Positions 54,566-64,000 of a DNA stretch of 64,000 nucleotides are shown piece by piece (the first letter of the stretch is position 1; every line of letters starts with the position of its first letter). The notes under the pieces were generated by a model. It had not been told where the DNA came from, searched no databases, and worked only from the letters and a program-made list of their open reading frames with translations. The stretch comes from Myxococcota bacterium. GTDB taxonomy: Bacteria; Myxococcota_A; UBA9160; UBA6930. The position numbers and the translations under genes were made by a program. The stretch spans positions 1,760,001 to 1,824,000 of the forward strand of contig OZ245002.1 in assembly GCA_965223415.1 (NCBI GenBank), given 5' to 3'.

Positions 54566-56212
54566 ATGAAGGCATCCGACCTACTCGTCCGCTGTCTCGA
54601 GGCCGAAGGCGTGTGCCGCATCTTCGGCGTCCCCGGTGAAGAGAACGCGGACTTCATGATGTCCCTCGAGGACTCGCCGATCGAGTTCGTGCTCTGCCGG
54701 CACGAGCAGAGTGCGGCGTTCATGGCCGACGTGCACGGGCGCCTCACCGGCGAGGCCGGCGTCTGCCTCGGCACCCTCGGGCCCGGCGCATCGAACCTGG
54801 TGACCGGCGTGGCCGACGGAAACATGGACCGCGCGCCGATGATCGCGCTCACGGGCCAAGCGGCCCTGAGCCGCCGCCACAAGGAGAGCCACCAGAACAT
54901 GGACGTGGTCGGCATGTTCGAGCCGATCACGAAGTGGGCCTGGAGCCTGAAGGACGAAGAGGCGATCCCCGAGGTCGTTCGCAAGGCCTTCAAGCTCGCC
55001 ACCACGGAGAAGCCCGGCGCCTGCCACATCGAGCTTCCCGAGGACCTGGCCAAGCGCGACGCCGCCGTGGAGCCGATCCTTCCCCAGCGGGTGCGACGGG
55101 CGGTGCCCGACGACAAGATCGTCGACCGGGCCTGCGAGGTGATTCGCAGCGCGAAGTGCCCGATCATCCTGGCGGGCAACGGAACGATCCGGCGCCGCGC
55201 CTCGAAGCAGCTGCGCGAGCTGGTCGCCCAGACCGGCATCGGCGTGCTCTCCACCTTCATGGCGAAAGGCTGTGTCGATCGGAACGACCCCCAGTGCCTC
55301 TTCACCGTCGGCCTCTCGGCGAAGGACTACGGCGCCCACTCGATCGAGGAGGCGGACGTGGTGATCTGCCTCGGCTTCGACATGGTCGAATACCACCCGA
55401 AGCTCTGGAATCCGGGGGCGGAGCGGAAGATCGTCCACGTCGACTTCCTGCCCGCGGAGGTGGACCACCACTACCCCGTCGAAGTCGAGGTGGTCGGCGA
55501 CCTCGCCCACACCCTGTGGATGCTGAACGAGCGCTTCCGCGAGAACGGCGTGCACTGGGACCTGCCGAGCCAGCTCGAAGTGCGCGAGCGCATGCTGGAG
55601 GACTTCCAAGCCCACGCCGACGACGACACCGTGGGCACGATACGCCCGCAGAAGGCGCTCTGGGACGTTCGCGAGGCCATGGGCCCGGCGGACATCCTGC
55701 TCTCGGACGTCGGTGCCCACAAGATGTGGATCGCGCGTTACTACCAGTGCGAGGAGCCGAACACCTGCCTCATCTCGAACGGCTTCTGCTCGATGGGCTT
55801 CGCCCTGCCCGGCGCCATCGGGGCGAAGCTGGTCCACCCGGACCGGCGCGTGCTCGCGATCTGCGGCGACGCGGGCTTCCTGATGAACGTCCACGAGATG
55901 GAGACCGCCACCCGCCTGGGCACGAAGATCGTGTGCATGGTGTGGGAGGATCACGAGTACGGGCTGATCGCCTGGAAGCAGCAGAACGAGTTCGGCAAGC
56001 ACACGGATCTCTCCTTCGGCAACCCGGACTTCCTGAAGCTCGCCGACGCCTTCGGCTGGGCCGGCTATCGCTGCGAGGACGCACGGGCCCTGCGCAGTAC
56101 CCTCGACGAGGCCTTCGCTCAGGACCGCCCGGCGCTGGTGGTCGTCCCCATCGACTACCGTGAGAACGCGCTCCTGACCGAGCGCCTGGGTCAGATCGAC
56201 CTGACGCTCTAG
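54566..56212 (+). CDS. ThDP-dependent enzyme, acetolactate-synthase-large-subunit-like
   Basis: FGVPGEEN, RHEQSAAFMA, SDVGAHKMW and GDAGFLMN. Confidence 0.88.
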   Translation: MKASDLLVRCLEAEGVCRIFGVPGEENADFMMSLEDSPIEFVLCRHEQSAAFMADVHGRLTGEAGVCLGTLGPGASNLVTGVADGNMDRAPMIALTGQAALSRRHKESHQNMDVVGMFEPITKWAWSLKDEEAIPEVVRKAFKLATTEKPGACHIELPEDLAKRDAAVEPILPQRVRRAVPDDKIVDRACEVIRSAKCPIILAGNGTIRRRASKQLRELVAQTGIGVLSTFMAKGCVDRNDPQCLFTVGLSAKDYGAHSIEEADVVICLGFDMVEYHPKLWNPGAERKIVHVDFLPAEVDHHYPVEVEVVGDLAHTLWMLNERFRENGVHWDLPSQLEVRERMLEDFQAHADDDTVGTIRPQKALWDVREAMGPADILLSDVGAHKMWIARYYQCEEPNTCLISNGFCSMGFALPGAIGAKLVHPDRRVLAICGDAGFLMNVHEMETATRLGTKIVCMVWEDHEYGLIAWKQQNEFGKHTDLSFGNPDFLKLADAFGWAGYRCEDARALRSTLDEAFAQDRPALVVVPIDYRENALLTERLGQIDLTL

Positions 56213-56222
56213 CGAGGAGCCC

Positions 56223-57659
56223 ATGCTGCGAGAGAGCTACCCGTGCTACCTGGCCGGTGAGGCGGTCACCCCGAACCTCGACCTGGAGGTCGTCGACAAG
56301 TGGAGCGGTGAGGTGGCGACCCGCGTGCCGCTGGTCGGCGAGGCGGAGATCGACCGGGCCATCGCCGCGGCCTCCGCAGCGGAGACGGCGATGGCGCGCA
56401 TGCCCGCCTACGCCCGCCAGGCGGTGCTCCAGCACTGCGTCACGCGCTTCCAGGAGCGCGCCGAGGAGCTCGCCCTCGCCCTGTGCATCGAGGCGGGCAA
56501 GCCGATCCGGGACAGCCGCGGGGAGGTGACCCGACTCATCGACACCTTCCGCATCGCCGCCGAGGAGAGCGTGCGCATCGGCGGCGAGGTGATGCCGCTC
56601 GACATCAGCCCGCGGGCCGAGGGCTACCGGGGCCAGTGGAAGCGCGTGCCGATCGGCGCCTGCTCGTTCATCTCGCCATTCAACTTCCCGCTGAACCTGG
56701 CCGCTCACAAGGTGGCGCCGGCCCTCGCCGTGGGCTGCCCCTTCGTGCTCAAGCCCGCCAGCCTGACGCCGATCGGCGCGATCGTGATCGGCGAGGTGCT
56801 GGCGGAGACGGATCTCCCGCCCGGCGCCTTCTCGATCCTGCCCTGCCGCCGCGAGGGTGCCGAGCTGTTCACCACGGATCCGCGCTTGAAGCTCCTCTCC
56901 TTCACGGGCTCGCCGGCGGTGGGCTGGGACCTGAAGGCGCGGGCGGGCAAGAAGCAGGTCGTTCTCGAGCTGGGCGGCAACGCGGCCGTCGTCATCGATG
57001 CGGATACGGACCTCGAGGACGCGGTGGAGCGGGTCGTCTTCGGCGCCTTCTACCAGAGCGGCCAGTCGTGCATCGGCGTCCAGCGGATCTTCGTGCACGA
57101 GGGCGTCTACGACGATTTCAAGACGCGCCTCGTCGCGCGCACCCAGGCGTTGCACTCCGGAGACCCGAAGGACGAGGACACCTTCGTCGGCCCGATGATC
57201 TCGGAGAAGGAGGCGCAGCGGCTCCACGGCTGGATCGAGTCCGCCGTCGGCCACGGCGCCAGGCTGCTTTGCGGCGGCACGCGGGAGGGCGCGCTGTTGG
57301 AGGCGACCCTGCTCGAGAACGTGCCGAAGGGCGACGACGTGGAGTACCAGGAGGCCTTCGGCCCGGTGGCGATCCTCTCCTCCTTCTCGAGCTTCGACGC
57401 TGCCCTGGCGGAGGTGAACAACTCCGCCTTCGGCCTCCAGGCCGGGCTCTTCACCCGCGACGTCTACAAGATCGAGAAGGCCTGGGACACGCTGGAGGTG
57501 GGCGGGGTCGTGGTGGGAGACGTGCCCTCCTGGCGGGTGGACCACATGCCCTACGGCGGGGTGAAGGACAGCGGGATCGGCCGCGAGGGCATCCGGTTCG
57601 CGATCGAGGACATGACCGAGATCCGACTGCTGGTCCTGCGCACGCCCCCCGGCGGCTGA
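56223..57659 (+). CDS. Aldehyde dehydrogenase (ALDH21-like)
   Basis: SPFNFPLNL, FTGS, LELGGN, SGQSCI, EAFGP and MPYGGVKDSG. Confidence 0.92.
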   Translation: MLRESYPCYLAGEAVTPNLDLEVVDKWSGEVATRVPLVGEAEIDRAIAAASAAETAMARMPAYARQAVLQHCVTRFQERAEELALALCIEAGKPIRDSRGEVTRLIDTFRIAAEESVRIGGEVMPLDISPRAEGYRGQWKRVPIGACSFISPFNFPLNLAAHKVAPALAVGCPFVLKPASLTPIGAIVIGEVLAETDLPPGAFSILPCRREGAELFTTDPRLKLLSFTGSPAVGWDLKARAGKKQVVLELGGNAAVVIDADTDLEDAVERVVFGAFYQSGQSCIGVQRIFVHEGVYDDFKTRLVARTQALHSGDPKDEDTFVGPMISEKEAQRLHGWIESAVGHGARLLCGGTREGALLEATLLENVPKGDDVEYQEAFGPVAILSSFSSFDAALAEVNNSAFGLQAGLFTRDVYKIEKAWDTLEVGGVVVGDVPSWRVDHMPYGGVKDSGIGREGIRFAIEDMTEIRLLVLRTPPGG

Positions 57660-57739
57660 GGCCTGGCGTTTCCCCGGTGGGGAGCTGGGGCGGTTGCACG
57701 CGGGCGAGGCCAAGCTGCGCGCATTTTCGCTCAGTTTTT

Positions 57740-57791
57740 CGACATGGGGCATGTCGGGACTTGACACGGCGCGGCACGATCGGACTACACT
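57740..57791 (+). promoter_or_regulatory. Inverted repeat plus sigma70-like promoter
   Basis: CGACATG-N3-CATGTCG, then TTGACA-N19-TACACT (spacer is long). Confidence 0.45.
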
Positions 57792-57802
57792 GACCCGAAG
57801 CC

Positions 57803-59443
57803 GTGGTACAAGCAGTTGCCGAAACGCTCTCCGGCCGTGTCCGGGGGCGGGATCTGGGGGGGGTGCTCTCGTTTCATGGCGTGCCGTTTGCCGCGGCGCC
57901 CCGTGGAGAGCTGCGCTTTCTTCCCCCGAGGGCACCCGAGCCCTGGGCCGGCGTGCGTGACTCCAGCCAGGCCGGCCCCTCGGCGCCACAGTTCTCGATG
58001 CCCGCCTTCTCCTGGATCAACGCGGCGGCGGGCCCGCTGGGCGACGACTGCCTCTCCCTGAACGTCTGGACCCCCGCCACCGACGGCGCCCGCCGCCCGG
58101 TGCTGGTCTGGATCCACGGCGGCGGCTTCCTGGTCGGATCGGGCTCGACGGTGGTCTATGGCGGCGGCGGCCTGGCCGAGCGCGGCGACGTGGTCGTGGT
58201 GACGATCAACTACCGGCTGGGCGTGATGGGCTTCGCTCACCTGGGGCTGCTCGGCCTCGAGGGGTTCGAAGGCGCGACCAACGTCGGCGTGCGGGACCAG
58301 ATCGCGGCCCTCGAGTGGGTTCGCGACAACATCGAGCGCTTCGGCGGCGATCCGGGCAACGTGACGGTCTTCGGCCAGTCGGCCGGCGGGATGAGCGTCG
58401 GCACGCTGCTGGGGGCGCCGCGGGCCCGCACGCTCTTCCATCGCGCCATCTGTCAGAGCGGCGCCGCCGATCACGTGATCGAGCGCAGCGAGGCCGAGGA
58501 CGTCGGCCGGCTCTTCCTTCGCGAGCTGGGCGAGCCCAAGCCCACCCCCGAGAGCCTGGGCCGGATGCCCCTCGACAAGATCCTCGCTGCCCAGCGCGGC
58601 GTGCTCACGCGGGCCTCGAACCTGAGCAACCTGATGGTGCTCCTGCCCGCGGTCGACGGGGACCTGATTCCGCGCCAGCCCCTGGCCGCGCTGCGGGCCG
58701 GTGAGGCAGCGGACATCCCGATCCTCACCGGCGCGACCCTCGACGAGTGGCGGCTGTTCCGAATCATCGATCAGGGGCTCGGGCGCTTCAGCCAGGCCGA
58801 CCTGGTGGAACGCATCCGCGAAGTGCTGCCGAGCCTGCCCCACGCTCCGCGGGCGGACGTGGCGGCCCGGCGCTTCCGCGAGGCCCTGGGCGAGCGCTCG
58901 GCGGCCGACCGGCCGGCGGACGTGTGGAGCGCCTTCCAGAGCGCGCGCATCTTCCATCATCCGTCGAACCGGTTGGCGGAAGCCCAGCACGCCGGCGGCG
59001 GGCAGGCCTACGCCTATCTCTTCACCTGGCGCGCGCCGGCGCTGCGGCGCGCCATCGGCGCCTGCCATGCCATCGAGATCCCCTTCGTGTTCGGCTCGAC
59101 CTCCCACCCGATCGCTCGGCCGTTGACCGGGCTCTCGGCCCGCGCCGGCAAGCTCTCGCGGCGGCTCCAGCACGCCTGGATCGAGTTCGCCCGCCACGGC
59201 GCCCCCGGCCACGAGCGCATCCCCCAGTGGCCGACCTACGAGCCCGATCGCCGCTCCACCCTGATCTTCGGCCGCGATCTCTCCCTCACCGAGCGCCCCC
59301 TCGAAGACGAGCGCGCGCTCCTCGACCGCTGGCTCGGCGAGGGCCCTGCCCGTGGCCGCCCCGGCCGCTACAGCCGCCGCCAGAATCCCACCCAGATGCG
59401 CGCCCAGTCCTGGCTCAGCAACATCGCCCCCGGCGGCGCCTAG
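57803..59443 (+). CDS. Type-B carboxylesterase
   Basis: DCLSLNVWTP, WIHGGGF, NYRLG, GQSAGG and ACHAIEIPFVFG. Confidence 0.93.
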   Translation: MVQAVAETLSGRVRGRDLGGVLSFHGVPFAAAPRGELRFLPPRAPEPWAGVRDSSQAGPSAPQFSMPAFSWINAAAGPLGDDCLSLNVWTPATDGARRPVLVWIHGGGFLVGSGSTVVYGGGGLAERGDVVVVTINYRLGVMGFAHLGLLGLEGFEGATNVGVRDQIAALEWVRDNIERFGGDPGNVTVFGQSAGGMSVGTLLGAPRARTLFHRAICQSGAADHVIERSEAEDVGRLFLRELGEPKPTPESLGRMPLDKILAAQRGVLTRASNLSNLMVLLPAVDGDLIPRQPLAALRAGEAADIPILTGATLDEWRLFRIIDQGLGRFSQADLVERIREVLPSLPHAPRADVAARRFREALGERSAADRPADVWSAFQSARIFHHPSNRLAEAQHAGGGQAYAYLFTWRAPALRRAIGACHAIEIPFVFGSTSHPIARPLTGLSARAGKLSRRLQHAWIEFARHGAPGHERIPQWPTYEPDRRSTLIFGRDLSLTERPLEDERALLDRWLGEGPARGRPGRYSRRQNPTQMRAQSWLSNIAPGGA

Positions 59444-59449
59444 CAAGAA

Positions 59450-59519
59450 CGCAAGAGCGGGGACGTTCCTTGCAACTTGCGAAATCTCGCAAGTTGCAAG
59501 GAACGTCCCCGCTCTTGCG
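59450..59519. repeat. REP-like palindrome, family A (33-bp stem)
   Basis: cgcaagagcggggacgttccttgcaacttgcga-aatc-reverse complement. Near copy of the 28176 element. Confidence 0.92.
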
Positions 59520-59523
59520 CTTT

Positions 59524-60462
59524 TCAGGGCTCGAGGACGACTTTGATGGCGCCGGCGGCTCGGTTGGCGGCGGTGGCGAAGGCTTCGGGAGCCGCGTCGA
59601 GGGGGAAGCGGTGGGTGATGAGGAGCTCGGGCACCTCCGGATGGCGGGCGAGGAGCGCGGCGGCGACGTCGATGTCACGGGTGGCGCCCTGGGCGCTGTA
59701 GAGCGAGGCCGGGACGATCCGGAGCTCCCTCAGACAGACCGGGAAGGCGGGGAAGCTGAGGCGACCTTCCCAGTAGGAGGCGACCAGACACAGGGTTCCG
59801 CCGGGCCGGCAGGCGTCGGCGGCGGTGTCGAGGGCGCTCTCGGTGCCCGCGGCGTCGACGACGATGTCGTAGGTTCCGTCGGGCTCGCCGCAGCCGAGTC
59901 GGTTCGCGACCTCGCGCTGGTGATCGTGTCGGGCCACGACGTCCACGCTGGCACCGCCGGCACGGGCACCGAAAGCCGTGAGCAGGCCGATCGGTCCGGC
60001 ACCCACCACGAGCACGCGCTGACCGCCGGTCTGTCCTGCAATGCGCAGCCCGTGCAACCCGACGGCCAGGGGCTCTGCCAGGCTCGCATCCGCCGGCGCG
60101 AGCCCCCTCGCCAGCGGCACGACCGCCCGCTCTGGGACGAGCATCTCGTCGGCCATGCCCCCCTCGCGCACGACGCCGTGGATGATGGCCGGCCCCTGCA
60201 GGCACAGGTTGTAGTCGCCGCCCTTGCAGGGCTCACAGTCCATGCAAGGTGAGAGCGGCTCGACCGCCACCGGCGTCCCGTCCCCCGTCACGCCGGCCAC
60301 CTCGTGCCCGAGGGTCCCGCTCGGTCCCATGCCTCCGGCGATCATGTGCAGGTCCGAGCCGCAGATGCTCGCGGCGCGCACCTGCACCCGCACACCGTCG
60401 CCCCGAGGCGCCTCCACGTCGAGGACCTCGATTCCCTTCTCGCCACAACGTACGGCCCGCAT
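59524..60462 (-). CDS. Zn-dependent alcohol dehydrogenase (MDR)
   Basis: ICGSDLH, GHE, CMDCEPC...C and GAGPIG. Confidence 0.92.
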   Translation of the reverse strand: MRAVRCGEKGIEVLDVEAPRGDGVRVQVRAASICGSDLHMIAGGMGPSGTLGHEVAGVTGDGTPVAVEPLSPCMDCEPCKGGDYNLCLQGPAIIHGVVREGGMADEMLVPERAVVPLARGLAPADASLAEPLAVGLHGLRIAGQTGGQRVLVVGAGPIGLLTAFGARAGGASVDVVARHDHQREVANRLGCGEPDGTYDIVVDAAGTESALDTAADACRPGGTLCLVASYWEGRLSFPAFPVCLRELRIVPASLYSAQGATRDIDVAAALLARHPEVPELLITHRFPLDAAPEAFATAANRAAGAIKVVLEP

Positions 60463-60493
60463 GGATGCGCCTCCCTGACCTACCCTAGCCCCC

Positions 60494-61264
60494 ATGACGG
60501 AAGCGAGGAACCTCTTCGACCTCGACGGCAAGGTCGCGCTGATCACCGGCGGGACCCGCGGGCTCGGCCGGGCCATGGCCCAGGGCCTGGCCCGTGCGGG
60601 CGCGGCCGTGGCGGTGAACGGGCGCAAGCCGGACGCCTGCGAGCAGGCCGCCCGCGAGCTGGCCCGGGAGACCGGCGGCCAGGTGATCGGCGCCCCGGCC
60701 CACGTGGGCCAGTGGGACGGGCTCGAGCCCCTCGTCGACGACGTCGTCGCCCGACTCGGCCGCATCGACGTGCTGATCAACAACGCCGGCATCAATCCCC
60801 GGACGATGCCGATCGCCGAGATGACCGAGGCCTACTTCGACAAGCTCTGGTCGGTGAACGTCAAGGGCCCGATGCGGCTCTCGGCGCTGGTCGCACCGCG
60901 CATGCGGGAGACCGGCGGCGGCAGCATCGTCAACGTGATCACCGTCGGCGCCTACATCGGCGGCGCCGGCATGGCCGCCTACACCTCGGGCAAGGCGGCC
61001 CTGCGCAACCTCACCAAGGTGATGGCCCAGGAGTGGGCGCCCTGGAACGTGCGGGTGAACGCGCTGGCCCCGGGCTCGTTCATGACCGACATGATGAAGG
61101 GCGCCGCCGAGATGCCCGGCTTCCTCGAGGGCGCCGCGAGCTTGAGCTTCCAGAACCGCATCGCCGACCCGGACGAGATCATCGGCACCGCCCTCTACCT
61201 CGCCAGCGACGCCTCGAGCTTCACGACCGGCACGGTGGTCTCCGTCACCGGCGGCGTATCCTAG
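60494..61264 (+). CDS. SDR oxidoreductase
   Basis: TGGTRGLG, NNAG and YTSGK. Confidence 0.92.
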   Translation: MTEARNLFDLDGKVALITGGTRGLGRAMAQGLARAGAAVAVNGRKPDACEQAARELARETGGQVIGAPAHVGQWDGLEPLVDDVVARLGRIDVLINNAGINPRTMPIAEMTEAYFDKLWSVNVKGPMRLSALVAPRMRETGGGSIVNVITVGAYIGGAGMAAYTSGKAALRNLTKVMAQEWAPWNVRVNALAPGSFMTDMMKGAAEMPGFLEGAASLSFQNRIADPDEIIGTALYLASDASSFTTGTVVSVTGGVS

Positions 61265-61271
61265 GGCTCGG

Positions 61272-62462
61272 CTAGGCGGGGAGCCCCTGCTCGAGCATGC
61301 GCAGCGCCACCGCCGCGTGGATCGCGGTGCCGTACACCATGCCCTCCTCGTCGAGCATCATCCGGTTCGAGTGGCACGGCGCGGGCGGTCCCTCGCCCTG
61401 TGGACGCACGCCGAGAAAGCCCATCGCGCCGGGAACGAGGTTCAGGACGTAGGAGAAATCCTCGGCGCCCATCACCGGCTGCGGCATCTCGAGGGCGCGG
61501 AGGCCGCGCACCTCGCCGGCCGCGTCGAGCATCGTGCGCACGGCGCGGGGGTCGTTCGAGGTGACCGGATAGCCCTGGATCAGCTGGACGTCGGCCTCGG
61601 TCTCGTGAGCGCGGGCCACGTGCTCCGCCACGCGGAGGATGCCCTCCTGAGCCGCCTCGCGGGAGCTCTCCGACAGCGCCCGCAGGGTTCCCGTGAGGGT
61701 CGCGATCTCGGGGATGACGTTGTTGGTCGTTCCCGCCTCGATCTTCGAAACGGTCAACACCACCGGATCGACCGCCGGGATGCGCCGGGTAACGAAGCTC
61801 TGCAGCGCCTGCACGATCTCGCAGGCCACGGGGATCGGGTCGACGCAGTCATGGGGCATCGAAGCGTGGCCGCCGCGGCCGCGCACGGCGATCTGGAAGA
61901 AGTCCGCCGACGCGAGCAGCGCGCCGACTCGCGTGCCGAGGGTGCCCGGCGGCAGCAGCGGCGTGATGTGCAGGGCGAAGGCTGCGTCGCAGCCCTCGAC
62001 CGCGCCCTCTTCGATCATCGAGCGGGCGCCATGGAAGCCCTCCTCGCCGGGCTGGAACATGAACACGACCTCGCCCTCGAGGGCGTCCTGCCGAGCGGAG
62101 AGCACGCGTGCCGCGCCGGCGAGCATGGCCGTGTGGGCGTCGTGGCCGCAGGCGTGCATGGCGCCCTCCCTGCGTGAGCGGAACGGGAGGTCCGTGTCCT
62201 CGGGCATGGGCAGGGCGTCCATGTCGCCGCGCAGGAGGACCCGGCGTCCGGGCCGCGCGCCGCGCAGGGTGGCCACGATGCCGCTGGTCTTCTCGTGGAG
62301 GGCGATCTCGAGCGGAAGCCCTTCGAGGCTCGCGAGCACCTTCTCCCGGGTCGCGGGGAGCTCGAGCCCCAGCTCCGGCTCGGCGTGGATGCGCCGGCGG
62401 AGGTCGACCACCTCGGGCTGGATCTCGCGGGCGGCTTCGAGTAGCGAATCGCTTCGGTTCAT
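61272..62462 (-). CDS. M20 family amidohydrolase
   Basis: RGDMDALP, MHACGHD, QPGEEG and MGAEDFS. Confidence 0.93.
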   Translation of the reverse strand: MNRSDSLLEAAREIQPEVVDLRRRIHAEPELGLELPATREKVLASLEGLPLEIALHEKTSGIVATLRGARPGRRVLLRGDMDALPMPEDTDLPFRSRREGAMHACGHDAHTAMLAGAARVLSARQDALEGEVVFMFQPGEEGFHGARSMIEEGAVEGCDAAFALHITPLLPPGTLGTRVGALLASADFFQIAVRGRGGHASMPHDCVDPIPVACEIVQALQSFVTRRIPAVDPVVLTVSKIEAGTTNNVIPEIATLTGTLRALSESSREAAQEGILRVAEHVARAHETEADVQLIQGYPVTSNDPRAVRTMLDAAGEVRGLRALEMPQPVMGAEDFSYVLNLVPGAMGFLGVRPQGEGPPAPCHSNRMMLDEEGMVYGTAIHAAVALRMLEQGLPA

Positions 62463-62542
62463 TCGGGCATGGTGCCAACTTCCGGCCGGCGCCCGCCAGC
62501 TTTCGGCTGGCGAAGCGCTGCGGAAGCGGGGAGGATGGCGGC

Positions 62543-64000
62543 ATGCAGCCTCTCGCCAGCGTCGTCGATGGCCACGCCCGCGAGCGCCCGGCCGCGGCGG
62601 CCTTCCTGTGGGAGGGCGAGTCCCTCGCTTGGCGCGACTACGCCCGGCGCTCGGACCGCTTCGCGGCCCACCTCCTGGAGCTCGGCCTCGAGGCCGGGGA
62701 TCGGGTGGGCGTCATGCTCCCGGACGGGCCCGGCGTGCACACGGCCTTCCTCGGCTGCGAGAAGGCCGGCCTCGTGGTGATGGGCATCGGGCCCCGCGCC
62801 GGCCCCGAGGAGGTCCGGCACCTGCTCGGCCGCTCCGGCGCGCGCGCCTTCGCGGCCCAGCCGGAGCGCGCCGCCCTCGCGGAGGAAGCGGGCATCCCGC
62901 ACTTCGTTCCGGTTCCGGGCCAGCTCGAGGACCTCTCGGAGCCGACCACGGCCCCGGATCCGAGCCGCCGCCTCGGCCCGGACGATCTCTTCCTGTTGAA
63001 CTCCACCTCCGGAACGACGGGGCTACCCAAGTGCGTCACCCATCATCAGGCCCGCTGGCTCCACTTCCACGAGCTGGCCGTGGAGGCGGGCGAGATGACC
63101 GGGGACGACGTGTTCATGAGCGTCCTGCCGGCGCCCTTCGGCTTCGGGCTGTGGACCGCACACTTCACGCCGACCCTGCTCGGCGCCCCCACCGTGCTGA
63201 TGGAGCGCTTCGACGCGGCGGGGATGATCCGCGCCATCGAGACCCATCGGGTGAGCGTCCTCGCAGCCGTGAGCACCCAGTTCATCATGATGCTGAACGA
63301 GCCGGCCCTCGCGAAAGCCGATCTTTCCTCTCTGCGCGCGCTCTTCACGGGCGGCGAGGCCGTGCCCTACGAGCGGGCGGCCGAGTTCGAGGAGCGCACC
63401 GGCGCCTCGGTCCTGCAGTTCTACGGCTCCAACGAGACGGGTGCCTTGTGCCGAACCTCGACCAGGGACACGCGGGAGAAGCGCCTGCGCACGGCGGGAC
63501 GCCTGATCGAGAGCATGCAGGTGCGCCTCTACGACGACGCGGGGAACGACGTGACCGCGAGCGGAGAAGGCCAGCCGGCCTGCCGCGGACCGCTCACGAG
63601 CCGCGGCTACTACGGAGACGACGACGCCAACGCGAAGCTCTTCACCGCTGACGGCTGGATGCTCACCGGCGACATCGCCCGCATCGACGCCGACGGCTAC
63701 CTGAGCGTGATCGGTCGCACCGCGGACTTCATCATCCGCGGCGGCAAGAACATCAGCGGTCCGGCCGTGGAGGACGCGGTGGCGCGCCACCCGGCGGTCG
63801 CCCTCGCCGCGGCCGTGGCCATGCCCGATCCGGTGTTCGGTGAGCGCGTGTGCGCCTATGTGGAGCTCAAGGACGGCGCGCCCGGGCTCGACTTGCCGGC
63901 GCTGTGCACCCACCTCGAGACGCGAGGCGTCAGCAAGGAGTGGTTTCCGGAGCGGCTGGTCGTGCTCCCGAGCCTGCCTCGGGCTTCCGGGGGAAAGATC
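62543..64000 (+). CDS. AMP-binding acyl-CoA synthetase (partial, runs off the window)
   Basis: Hand translation: MQPLASVVDGHARERP...STSGTTGLPK...FYGSNETG...TGD...IIRGGKNI. Not in the ORF track. Confidence 0.88.
   Translation, partial: MQPLASVVDGHARERPAAAAFLWEGESLAWRDYARRSDRFAAHLLELGLEAGDRVGVMLPDGPGVHTAFLGCEKAGLVVMGIGPRAGPEEVRHLLGRSGARAFAAQPERAALAEEAGIPHFVPVPGQLEDLSEPTTAPDPSRRLGPDDLFLLNSTSGTTGLPKCVTHHQARWLHFHELAVEAGEMTGDDVFMSVLPAPFGFGLWTAHFTPTLLGAPTVLMERFDAAGMIRAIETHRVSVLAAVSTQFIMMLNEPALAKADLSSLRALFTGGEAVPYERAAEFEERTGASVLQFYGSNETGALCRTSTRDTREKRLRTAGRLIESMQVRLYDDAGNDVTASGEGQPACRGPLTSRGYYGDDDANAKLFTADGWMLTGDIARIDADGYLSVIGRTADFIIRGGKNISGPAVEDAVARHPAVALAAAVAMPDPVFGERVCAYVELKDGAPGLDLPALCTHLETRGVSKEWFPERLVVLPSLPRASGGKI

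Overview
High-GC bacterial window with densely packed genes. The mix of PEP-CTERM, ExeA, sigma-54 promoters and actinobacterial-like lipid and steroid genes suggests a Myxococcota-like Gram-negative organism; this is an inference. I see no rRNA, tRNA or CRISPR array. Housekeeping genes include pyrE, pyrF, tgt, ychF, rnhA, msrB, panE and a type II pantothenate kinase. Many genes encode acyl-CoA or steroid-type catabolism, including an ipdAB-ipdC-echA20-fadE31/32-fadA6-SDR-fadE33-SDR operon for steroid C/D-ring (HIP) degradation. Most notable: (1) a single-chain ChsH2(N)-ChsH1-like hydratase fusion lacking DUF35; (2) back-to-back sigma-54 promoters driving yiaAB-pspA and a hydrolase-kinase pair; (3) tandem ArsA/Get3-HSP20 ATPases with a Zn-ribbon gene, a BtuF-like gene and an AMIN membrane protein; (4) long REP/REPIN-like palindromes at convergent gene ends, several supplying stop codons; (5) a TA-flanked MITE; (6) an unlisted 42-aa ultra-basic ORF; (7) recurrent leaderless-type TAnnnT-N6/7-start signals; (8) a ThDP enzyme plus ALDH pair that may form a 2-oxoglutarate shunt. 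All family calls come from motif recognition, not database searches.
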